A DNA stretch of 64,000 nucleotides from a virus (Duplodnaviria; Heunggongvirae; Uroviricota; Caudoviricetes), in the IMG/VR virus record IMGVR_UViG_3300031994_000001, positions 279,799 to 343,798 of that record; one strand, 5' to 3'. Position 1 is the first letter of the stretch. Each line of letters opens with the position of its first letter. Positions 1-8,413 of this stretch are shown here, in pieces. Under the pieces are notes generated by a model. It had not been told where the DNA came from, did not search any database, and was given only the letters and a program-made list of their open reading frames with translations. Position numbers and translations under genes: made by a program.

Positions 1-1
1 C

Positions 2-166
2 AACGCTGTTGGCGACACCAAAGCGTTCTATGAGAAAGCGGGCAAAGAGTGGAAATATTTCTTCTCAAAAGAATACACTGAAGTCAAGGATAAATCCGAG
101 AAATCAAACGAATCACGCTACGTTATGTCCTCTGAAGATTTCATTAACGAAAAGTACAACAGATAA
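2..166 (+). CDS. 3' end of a gene truncated by the window edge; ends ...NESRYVMSSEDFINEKYNR
   Basis: Open frame 2 from position 2 to TAA at 164-166, translated by hand; codon usage matches neighbouring genes. Confidence 0.7.
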   Translation, partial: NAVGDTKAFYEKAGKEWKYFFSKEYTEVKDKSEKSNESRYVMSSEDFINEKYNR

Positions 167-169
167 ACT

Positions 170-571
170 ATGCTTAACATACAACCTTTGACAAAACAAG
201 ACTTGACATCCAAATACTTGGATGTCAGTCTTGATTTTTTGACGGGCATTAGGGATAGTATCGTAAAGAAGTTCCAAAAATTCGAGCAGGAACATACCAC
301 AATGGAGGAAAGGTGTTGGGAAAACACATTCACCGTGGATTATGACAGAAAGGCGAAAGCAAATATTCTGACAATAAGGTATGTTACTTGGGATAATACG
401 GACAAAGAGGAATTTATCGAAAAACTGTCGCATTACTTCACTATGAATGTCGCCCATTTTTGGGATATACTTCCGAATGTTGTATTCAAGGTGAAGTCCA
501 AAAAAGAAGATTCCTACGACTTATACGCATACAAAATGATGAGGGGAAACCCAATATTGTTGAAGATATAA
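170..571 (+). CDS. Hypothetical protein starting with the LNIQP motif
   Basis: 133 aa ORF; N-terminus MLNIQPLTKQDL matches motif B shared with other ORFs. Confidence 0.75.
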   Translation: MLNIQPLTKQDLTSKYLDVSLDFLTGIRDSIVKKFQKFEQEHTTMEERCWENTFTVDYDRKAKANILTIRYVTWDNTDKEEFIEKLSHYFTMNVAHFWDILPNVVFKVKSKKEDSYDLYAYKMMRGNPILLKI

Positions 572-598
572 ATAATTGAAATTCTTAAACAAACACAA

Positions 599-853
599 AT
601 GAATTACGAAGAAATCAACGAAGAATTGTACAGTCAGTTGTCCGAGATAATCATTGATAACGGATATGAACTTGACATTAGTGAACTTGACTTCATTTCC
701 TTCGGTATGCCAGTCACAAGCGTAGGCATAGACGAAAACGGAAAACTCTACTTCTATTCAAACGAGACTATTGACGAGATACCCGTTGAAGTCCAACTTG
801 AATCCGATGATTACATTGAATTGGCAAACAAAATAATTGAATACTACGAATGA
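599..853 (+). CDS. Small acidic hypothetical protein
   Basis: 84 aa ORF downstream of TATAAATA at 567-574. Confidence 0.65.
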   Translation: MNYEEINEELYSQLSEIIIDNGYELDISELDFISFGMPVTSVGIDENGKLYFYSNETIDEIPVEVQLESDDYIELANKIIEYYE

Positions 854-1065
854 AAAGAGTGTTAAGATTTTTGAAATCCCTCATACGCTACATATTCACG
901 GGGCATTTCCAAAACGTGTCGTTTGACGAATACGCAAAGAGAATTGAGATATGTTCAAAGTGCGACAAAATCAACCAACACAACTATTCCTGCGGCGTAT
1001 GCGGATGCTATATGGACAAGAAAGCCAAATGGTCAACAGAGTGCTGCGAACTTGAAAAATGGTAG
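850..1065 (+). CDS. Small Cys-rich, probably Zn-binding phage protein
   Basis: RIEICxxC...CxxCGC...C...KW pattern; ATGA overlap with the upstream gene. Confidence 0.7.
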   Translation: MKRVLRFLKSLIRYIFTGHFQNVSFDEYAKRIEICSKCDKINQHNYSCGVCGCYMDKKAKWSTECCELEKW

Positions 1066-1103
1066 CACACCGCCCGTATAAATATATAGAACATTTTATC
1101 AAT

Positions 1104-3113
1104 ATGAACGAAAATCTTTTGAGACTTATCTATTCCCACAAGAAATGCGAATTGTCTGACGAGCAGATATTGAGCGTTCTTTTGGGTATGGGCATTGTAG
1201 ATACCGTTGCCAAGGCGCATCTCGAATACTACAACAAAAACATCGCAAAGAAAAAAGACCCAATGGAAACCGATGAACTGAAACTTGACAGAAGTTTCGA
1301 GGTAAGCGGCGACACCAAAAAGAATATAAATATAAAAGAAAATAATACATCCACTATGAAGAAATTAAATACTATTCAGTTATATGAAAATTTGACCAAC
1401 GCAGCACGCGAACTTCACGAGATGGCTACTGCAAAGTCAAATGCTTCATATTCAGCGGTGACTGCTTATTCAATCATCGAAAAGGCTTTGGCTTCTATGC
1501 CAACGGAGGTTTCATTGATTGTCAGCAGAATGAAAGCAGGTCTGCCTGGCGCGGACGAATCCAAACTCAACCCCGCACTAAAATACGAGGTTGCTGAAAG
1601 CGTTTACAATATGCTCAACAATTCAAGTTACCTCGTTCCCGTCAAGGTTCTCTGCGAGTATATCAGCGAGAGTATGAAAGAGGACAAATGGGGCTATGTC
1701 GCTGCCAAGATGATGAGCATCTGCGGCGCGAAGTCTGCCAACAATATGTACGCTGCCGTTTACGAGCAACTGTCAAACGCTCTCAACGGTGACAACATCT
1801 ACGAGGATTTGAAGAAAATCGCTTCCGAATCCGAGTTTTGGTGCAGCGAATCAAAGCAGGTTATCGCCCTTATGGAATCAGAGGAATACAGCAAGACCAA
1901 CGAAATCAACAAGACTGTCGTTGAAAACAGCGGATTCTCTATGGTCGCTATGTTCTCACCGATTCTCGAAAACGAGGATTCTGTCTGCTTCAACCTCTAC
2001 GGAAAGAACTATATGATGAAAGACGGGAAGGTCAACGAGTGCCAAGTTTCCGACAAACGCTACAATGACGTTGTGAACGGTCTCTGCCTTATGAGTTACA
2101 ATCAGAAGGACGACACCTTGGAATACTACGGTGCAAACGGCAAGGTTCTCGAATATCACTTGAACGAAGGCAAAATCACTATCGGAAAGAACGACCTTAC
2201 CGAGAACTCATCTCTTGATTTGAGAAACAGTCTCGCTATCAGCGGTCTTTTCAACAACTCAACAATCGGTGATGCCGACATTCTTACCAAGATGTTCGAG
2301 AGCAAGGATATGATTGGCAGACTTGACAGTTGTATCAATCTGAAATCCGAAATCGAAGCAGGTTTGTTCCTTACCCTCATTTCAGTTGAGGAAGGCTACT
2401 ATGTGAACACAGTCAACTACAATACCTTGGTGAACGAAATGAAGTATTTCAAGACAGCAACCGCTACCAAGAACTTTATCAAGGAATCATTCAACTATGA
2501 CGCTACTGCAATCCTCAAGGAAGCCCTTAAAGCCGAGGGTGACAAGTTCGCTGCCATTATGGAGCAACGCAACACCATCCAAGACAGAATCAACTTCCTC
2601 AAAGGAAAACGCGGTGAGATTATGGCGAAGATTGAGGCTCTGCCATCAAATGTTGATTCGGCAAACCTCGTTGAAGCCCTCAACTTGCTTGAATGCGAAA
2701 TCAAGGACAACGAATGCTCTCTCGCCGACACATACAAGAACTTCGACCTCGGCAACAACGTACCCGTCAAAGTGTGCAATGTTGTGGGAACTTTGAACCC
2801 AGGCGATGTGGTGTATGTTGACGCTGCCGTATTCACAGCAACTCCCGAATGCACAACAATCAGCGTGACCGACCCCAAAACGGGTTCAGCAATCGTTCTT
2901 AACAAATCAGACATCGTGTTTGATTTGAACCACCCGTCACCCGAAGCACCTGCAACTCCCGAAGGTGAAGGCGGTTGCGAGGGAGGCTGCAAAGGCTGCG
3001 ATTGTAAAGGCGGCTGCGAGGGCGGCTGCGAGGGCGGCTGCAAAGAAAAACCTGCCGTAGCACCAACAAGCGGCGTTGACGGCGAGCAGGTTTTGATTGG
3101 TGAAAACGAATAA
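1104..3113 (+). CDS. Large late protein, probably head core or scaffold-associated, with a coiled coil and a C-terminal (GGCE)n tract
   Basis: Late promoter at 1077-1084 favours ATG 1104; internal promoter at 1325 and ATG 1356; many L/I-x-E sites. Confidence 0.6.
   Translation: MNENLLRLIYSHKKCELSDEQILSVLLGMGIVDTVAKAHLEYYNKNIAKKKDPMETDELKLDRSFEVSGDTKKNINIKENNTSTMKKLNTIQLYENLTNAARELHEMATAKSNASYSAVTAYSIIEKALASMPTEVSLIVSRMKAGLPGADESKLNPALKYEVAESVYNMLNNSSYLVPVKVLCEYISESMKEDKWGYVAAKMMSICGAKSANNMYAAVYEQLSNALNGDNIYEDLKKIASESEFWCSESKQVIALMESEEYSKTNEINKTVVENSGFSMVAMFSPILENEDSVCFNLYGKNYMMKDGKVNECQVSDKRYNDVVNGLCLMSYNQKDDTLEYYGANGKVLEYHLNEGKITIGKNDLTENSSLDLRNSLAISGLFNNSTIGDADILTKMFESKDMIGRLDSCINLKSEIEAGLFLTLISVEEGYYVNTVNYNTLVNEMKYFKTATATKNFIKESFNYDATAILKEALKAEGDKFAAIMEQRNTIQDRINFLKGKRGEIMAKIEALPSNVDSANLVEALNLLECEIKDNECSLADTYKNFDLGNNVPVKVCNVVGTLNPGDVVYVDAAVFTATPECTTISVTDPKTGSAIVLNKSDIVFDLNHPSPEAPATPEGEGGCEGGCKGCDCKGGCEGGCEGGCKEKPAVAPTSGVDGEQVLIGENE
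2969..3042 (+). repeat. 12-bp coding repeat ggcggctgcgag (GGCE) in a Cys/Gly-rich tail
   Basis: GGCEGGCKGCDCKGGCEGGCEGGCK is read directly from the translation. Confidence 0.8.
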
Positions 3114-3137
3114 CCACGAACACCTTTCTATATAAAC

Positions 3138-3171
3138 GAAGAAGCCCGATGAGATTTCATCGGGCTTCTTC
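3138..3171. terminator. Hairpin between convergent genes, probably a bidirectional terminator
   Basis: gaagaagcccgatga-gatt-tcatcgggcttcttc perfect stem. Confidence 0.8.
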
Positions 3172-3202
3172 ATTATCCAATCAATGAAAATATCGTTCAA
3201 TT

Positions 3203-3748
3203 CTATGACCCAAACAATGTGTCGTTTATAGTATTAATTACATTAAGAGTATTGTTGAGACTTATTGATGAAGTATCACTTGCGTACATTTTCATAGTCA
3301 TATTATCTTTGTCAATCATACAATCATAATTCATTGAAGCAGGCAATCTTTTGTCAAAACCCCAACTATAATATATTTTGTTGCCATCTACTGTCTTAAA
3401 CAAATCTTCGCCGTCATCCCCTATATTGTTAACGTGATTTTCAATGTATTTACAAACACTATCAGCATCAAGTTTTCCATCCACCTTTTTGAACATCATT
3501 TCTGGAACATCGTCTTGAATGTCTCTGCTTACGATTTCTTTATAAATCGCATTCGCTTCCATCACATATCCTTTATCTAAACAAATCATATAATATGCTT
3601 TAAGTTTTTCATCAGAACACGCTTTTACATTTTGCCTTCGCTGTCCTTTATGCCATTGCTCCATTTTGTTAATTTTTGTACTTTCATTTGAAGCACTTGA
3701 CATTTCATAAATTTTTGATATATATTGTTCCGAATTAAATATATCCAT
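3203..3748 (-). CDS. Hypothetical protein with a leader-like start (MDIFNSEQYISKIYE)
   Basis: ORF 3203-3823; ATG 3748 avoids overlap with the upstream gene; AT-rich codon usage. Confidence 0.6.
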   Translation of the reverse strand: MDIFNSEQYISKIYEMSSASNESTKINKMEQWHKGQRRQNVKACSDEKLKAYYMICLDKGYVMEANAIYKEIVSRDIQDDVPEMMFKKVDGKLDADSVCKYIENHVNNIGDDGEDLFKTVDGNKIYYSWGFDKRLPASMNYDCMIDKDNMTMKMYASDTSSISLNNTLNVINTINDTLFGS

Positions 3749-3753
3749 AACCG

Positions 3754-4344
3754 TTATATATCTTTCACAAAGCGCACGGAGAATCCGTTTTGCGCATTCA
3801 TTCTGACAAGTGGCATTTTCCAATATCCGTCATATATGATGTCAATGAAATACGATTCGTCAACCCTGCCTGCATCAATAATGTCGTCAATCAGTATGCA
3901 AGCCTCCTTACCTACACCAACAGTATCAACGGTGTAGTATGAAAAATAGCCGACCATTTTTGCATCGAAACCGAACTCGTTAGTACAGCCGTCATAGTCG
4001 GTTGAAACGAGTTTGCTTATATTGTCATAACCAACTGTATCGTACAAGTTGTCATAATCGCTCTTTGTCGGAATACGCCAACCGTTAGGCACGATTTTTC
4101 TCGCCCCTACGAGTGTGTAGTAAATTTCCTTGCCTTTCTTGAAATAATCAACATTAGGCTGCAAATAAGAACCGTTTGCCGCGTATAATGTTTTCACATT
4201 CTCGGCACACCATTCAAGGTTGCCGATAACAACACTTTTCATTTTCAAACCGTTTGCAGTGTTGTAAAGCCTTTCCTTTGTGATTGGCTTTATATCCAAT
4301 TTCTCATTGAATTGTTCTATACTTAATACTTTCATAGTTGTCAT
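3754..4344 (-). CDS. FISUMP (Fibrobacter succinogenes major paralogous) domain protein with the two-part leader
   Basis: IGNLEWCAENV, PNGWRIPT, GF..., FSVRFVKD motifs; N-terminus MKVLSIEQFNEKLDIKPITKERL. Confidence 0.75.
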   Translation of the reverse strand: MTTMKVLSIEQFNEKLDIKPITKERLYNTANGLKMKSVVIGNLEWCAENVKTLYAANGSYLQPNVDYFKKGKEIYYTLVGARKIVPNGWRIPTKSDYDNLYDTVGYDNISKLVSTDYDGCTNEFGFDAKMVGYFSYYTVDTVGVGKEACILIDDIIDAGRVDESYFIDIIYDGYWKMPLVRMNAQNGFSVRFVKDI

Positions 4345-4748
4345 AATTTTTGAAAATCAGAGGCATCAAACAAAATGTCTTCCATAACGAATGATTCGTG
4401 TCTTATTGCAAGCCCCAAGCACCTTAAAAACAAATAGTGACCGTCAGCATTGCCGATTGAATCCAAATATTTTATAGCCTCGTCCGCCGTATAGTATTTT
4501 CCACTCCTATCATAAGCAAAAACACAATGTTCATCCAACGCCATTTGGAACACTTCCATATCATCGTCATCGTAATTGCAAGACTCCTTCAAAAACGATT
4601 TGTCGTAATCATTCAGCGTATATTCCAACGCCATATTGGAACTTTGCTTTTCCGCAGCCGCTTTCGCAAATTCAGACAGCCTCGCTTTTGACACGGGTTG
4701 AATGTTCAGTTTCTCCGCAACGTATGTCTCATATCCGAGTATTTTCAT
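4341..4748 (-). CDS. Hypothetical protein with the two-part leader
   Basis: MKILGYETYVAEKLNIQPVSKARL; CATAAATA late-promoter variant at 4755-4762. Confidence 0.75.
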   Translation of the reverse strand: MKILGYETYVAEKLNIQPVSKARLSEFAKAAAEKQSSNMALEYTLNDYDKSFLKESCNYDDDDMEVFQMALDEHCVFAYDRSGKYYTADEAIKYLDSIGNADGHYLFLRCLGLAIRHESFVMEDILFDASDFQKL

Positions 4749-4787
4749 AAGTCGTATTTATGAGTTATATATAAGTCAAACCACAAC

Positions 4788-6194
4788 TTACTGTATCTTG
4801 TCGGTGACGAGATATGTGTTGTTCGGGTCTATGCTCACCATATTTCCGAGCAATGAAAGAAATGCGTTGCCGAGAACAATCTTCGTATCCTCGTCACGGT
4901 TCACCTTGACCTTGAACATAATGTTCTTATATGAGGCATCGTTGAAATCCAATCTTGCACTGATGAGGTAACTGCGGTTCATATCGGGTTCAAGCAATGT
5001 TCCTATCACGTTCCTTATGATAGTCTTATCGCCCACACAGAATGAAACCTTGTTGCCGTCCTCATTGTATGCTGCGGATTTGGTTGAAATGACATTGATG
5101 TCAGTGTTCATATCGAACATAATGTCGGTGTCGCAGTCAATATCGTCAAACACAAGTTTAGCCGATTCAACGCTACCGATTGTGGTCACGTTGTTGTTGA
5201 TATACTTAAACTTCTTTAAGAAGTCGAATATGTAGTTCACGGGGGAAACTTCCGAAACGGAAGAAATACCCTTAACACCTGGCGATGCGTTCACCTCAAT
5301 AATGTAGTTCTCGCCCGTGTTCTTGTCAACAATCATATCAACGCCGCACCAACGACATTTGACTGCGGCAGCGGTCTTGATTGCAAGTTCCTTCTGCTCG
5401 TCACTCAACTCGAACTTTTCGATAGTTCCACCGAGGCTGAAATTGGTTCTGAAGTCACCGTCAATCTTGTTACGGCGCATAACGCCGATAATCTCGAATG
5501 ATTCAGTGTTGTTTGAAATCCTGCTGTATGACTTGTTGAACACGTGGATACGGAGGTCGTAATCGGATTCGATTTTGTTTTGCAACAGAATCTCCGCATT
5601 CGGAACGAGTTTGAATATGGTTTCGAGTGTTGACTTCAGACTCATATAGGAATCTATGATGAACACGCCTATACCTTTCTTTCCGTCAAGAAGTTTGCAC
5701 ACCACAGGAAAGTTGCCGCCAATAAATTTCACCTTCTTTTCAAGTCTGTCAATGTCGTCAGCAGTCACAACTGTTGTGGCGGGTGTCGGGATATTCTCCG
5801 CAGACAGCACTTTGTATGTCGTGTACTTGTTCTCACAGTTCTCGTAACTGTCAAGGCTGTTTATGACGAAGAAACCTCTGTTCTCGAACTCCTTTAAGAA
5901 GTTCTTTGTGCGTGAGTTTTTGAGAATGGTAAGACGCGGCAGGATAATTGTGTTGTTCGTGCTGATTGCCACGGATTTGTCTGTGTCGTTGAGAATGTAG
6001 TTTTTCTCGTCCTTTCTCTCCAACGAAGCCGTCTCTGGGTTCGCATACAAGAACGTAATCCCGTATTCCGCACACTTCTCTTTCAACATTTTACAGAATG
6101 TTGAGTTGGTTATTGAACTCAAATAAAGCAACTGAACGGTGTCAATTTTTTTGGACTCCGTTATCAAACTATATGTTTGTGATAAAGTTTTCAT
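4788..6194 (-). CDS. rimK: RimK-family ATP-grasp glutamate ligase with a degenerate C-terminal retropepsin-like domain
   Basis: FPVVCK..GKKGIGV, DLRIHV, MRR..DFRTNFSLGG, GVDMI and IEVNASPG motifs. Confidence 0.85.
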   Translation of the reverse strand: MKTLSQTYSLITESKKIDTVQLLYLSSITNSTFCKMLKEKCAEYGITFLYANPETASLERKDEKNYILNDTDKSVAISTNNTIILPRLTILKNSRTKNFLKEFENRGFFVINSLDSYENCENKYTTYKVLSAENIPTPATTVVTADDIDRLEKKVKFIGGNFPVVCKLLDGKKGIGVFIIDSYMSLKSTLETIFKLVPNAEILLQNKIESDYDLRIHVFNKSYSRISNNTESFEIIGVMRRNKIDGDFRTNFSLGGTIEKFELSDEQKELAIKTAAAVKCRWCGVDMIVDKNTGENYIIEVNASPGVKGISSVSEVSPVNYIFDFLKKFKYINNNVTTIGSVESAKLVFDDIDCDTDIMFDMNTDINVISTKSAAYNEDGNKVSFCVGDKTIIRNVIGTLLEPDMNRSYLISARLDFNDASYKNIMFKVKVNRDEDTKIVLGNAFLSLLGNMVSIDPNNTYLVTDKIQ

Positions 6195-6255
6195 ACAAAA
6201 ATTCTTTCTTTTTATTATTTATAAGTGATAGATTTGAACTAATACAAAAAGCAAT

Positions 6256-7050
6256 ATGGAACAATTCAACTTAAATTATCACGTAATAGACAGATGCAAC
6301 AAGAATTGCATTGCCTGCGGTCACTATGCCCCGCTTGCCAAACCGACAGACGAGGGAGTGAGTGTTGAGGATTTCCGCAAAGACCTTGAACTTTGCAGTT
6401 TTCTGAAACCATACATCAACACCTTTTACTTGACGGGCGGCGAGCCTACGCTTCACAAGAATCTGAAGGAAATCATTGAAATCGCCGCGCAATGGCACGA
6501 CAATGTGGTGCTTATCACAAACGGTCTGAACATTGACCTTCTTCGGGAAAACGCAGAGTTCATCAAAAAGAACAACATTCTGCTGTCTGTAACCAATTAC
6601 AGTCAAAAACGGGTGCAGGAAATCGCGGACATTTTCGGCTATATCGAAAGTATGCACATTCCGAATCTTGACAAAGACGGAAACCGTGTCAAATTCAACA
6701 CAAAGCAACTTTCGATAAAAGAGGTCAACCCGCAGGTGGAATACTGCGACAGAGGGCTGTGTGTGCAATACAGATACGGAAAACTGTATATGTGCCAAGT
6801 AGCAGCAAACCTGCATTTGTTCAAAGCACACTTCGGCGATGCCGTGTCAATGTTCACAGACGAAGGAACTTATGTTGACTTGAACGAGACGCAGGATTTG
6901 AATGTAATCGAAAACCTGCTGTTCAAGAAATTCCCTAAACTTTGCAGGCACTGCAACGAGGCGTTCTACCAACACGATTTGAAAGACAATTCCCAACCGA
7001 TTTGTGCAAGCAGGCAAAGTCTGTCCGAATGGGTTGAGGATGTACAATAG
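6256..7050 (+). CDS. Radical SAM protein
   Basis: CNKNCIAC (CxxxCxxC), TGGEPTLH, LITNG; C-terminal Cys cluster. Confidence 0.85.
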   Translation: MEQFNLNYHVIDRCNKNCIACGHYAPLAKPTDEGVSVEDFRKDLELCSFLKPYINTFYLTGGEPTLHKNLKEIIEIAAQWHDNVVLITNGLNIDLLRENAEFIKKNNILLSVTNYSQKRVQEIADIFGYIESMHIPNLDKDGNRVKFNTKQLSIKEVNPQVEYCDRGLCVQYRYGKLYMCQVAANLHLFKAHFGDAVSMFTDEGTYVDLNETQDLNVIENLLFKKFPKLCRHCNEAFYQHDLKDNSQPICASRQSLSEWVEDVQ

Positions 7051-7086
7051 AAAATCACAATATGTTTAATTAAAAATTTGTATGAA

Positions 7087-8400
7087 ATGACAGATGAAGT
7101 AATTAAAAAAATCAATGAAAAGAGGGCAGAATTAGATGCCATCTACACAAAGTACCACAATTGGGAACAAGGTACGAAGATTATGATTAACTCATTCTAC
7201 GGGGGATTGGCAAACCCGTATATGTACTTTTTCGACCCCGCGTTGGCAGAGTGCATTACGAAGCAGGGAAAGAACGCCATTCTCTACGCGGAAGCGAACA
7301 TCAACGACTACTTCCACAACTATTGGTACGATGACAAAGAGACCCACGAAAAAATGGGCATAACAGTATCAAAACCCGTCAAAAAGCAGGTGACGGTTTA
7401 CATTGACACCGATTCGGTGTACTCGCAACTTGACGAGGTAATCTCAACTACGGATTGGTGTATGAATCCAGAAAAGAATTGGATTATCAGCGCGAAGTAC
7501 ACAGACGGCAAGACATTCACACGGACATTCTGCGGAAAGAAGTCAAAGGAATACATTATAGACTATTTCAAGTTAAACAGCCCCGAAGTCGAATCATACG
7601 AAATAAAGCCCATAAACGGCGAACCAAAGGACTTTGCCCTGCTGCTTGACGAAGTGTTCCTCGCAGACTATTTCAAGCGTATTTTCGAGCGTTACGCGAA
7701 AGGAATCAACGCCGACAACTACCTCAACTTTGAACTTGAAACCTATTCCGATGCGGGAATTTGGCTCTCGAAGAAAAAGTATATGCAGAACATACGTTGG
7801 ACTGATTCTATGCCGAGACACGACATTCTTGACAATTTCAGCAAAATCAAGTCAAAGGGTGTCGAACTCATACAAGCGTCAAGCCCGACATTCGCAAGAA
7901 AGAAACTCTCATACCTTGTGAAATGGATTTTCGAGAGGGAAAAATTCGACTTGAAATTGTTTGTCGCCGAACTGAAGAAAATCAAAAAGGAATTGGAACT
8001 CTCCAACATTGACGACATCTGTTGGAACAAAAAAGCAACTGGTTATATGAAGTGGGTCATTGACGACACGAAAGAACTCGTTATGAAGAAAGGCACGCCA
8101 ATCACCACCAAGGGAATCGCATACTACAACTATCTGTTGGAACACAACAGACAGTACAAAAAGAAATATTCGAGGCTCACGGAGGGCAACAAGTGCAAAT
8201 ACTACTACTGCAAGGGACAGACTTCAGAGATGTTTGCATACGACCCAGGCAACTACCCGATTGAGTTCGCACCGAAAGTTGACACGGACACTATGTTCGC
8301 CAAGACAATACTCAACCCAATCAACAGAGTCGTAAAGGCTTTGGGCTATGACGAGATTCCAAACGACTTGGTTATTTTAAGTAAATCGGCACTATTCTAA
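7087..8400 (+). CDS. gp43: Family B DNA polymerase, C-terminal subunit (fingers, palm, thumb)
   Basis: KIMINSFYG (region III), YIDTDS (region I), KKKY and KGVE motifs. Confidence 0.9.
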   Translation: MTDEVIKKINEKRAELDAIYTKYHNWEQGTKIMINSFYGGLANPYMYFFDPALAECITKQGKNAILYAEANINDYFHNYWYDDKETHEKMGITVSKPVKKQVTVYIDTDSVYSQLDEVISTTDWCMNPEKNWIISAKYTDGKTFTRTFCGKKSKEYIIDYFKLNSPEVESYEIKPINGEPKDFALLLDEVFLADYFKRIFERYAKGINADNYLNFELETYSDAGIWLSKKKYMQNIRWTDSMPRHDILDNFSKIKSKGVELIQASSPTFARKKLSYLVKWIFEREKFDLKLFVAELKKIKKELELSNIDDICWNKKATGYMKWVIDDTKELVMKKGTPITTKGIAYYNYLLEHNRQYKKKYSRLTEGNKCKYYYCKGQTSEMFAYDPGNYPIEFAPKVDTDTMFAKTILNPINRVVKALGYDEIPNDLVILSKSALF

Positions 8401-8413
8401 AAAGGAGGTCACT

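Noticed and set aside
3754-4344. Diversity-generating retroelement target
   Set aside because: No reverse transcriptase or template/variable repeat pair was seen in the window.
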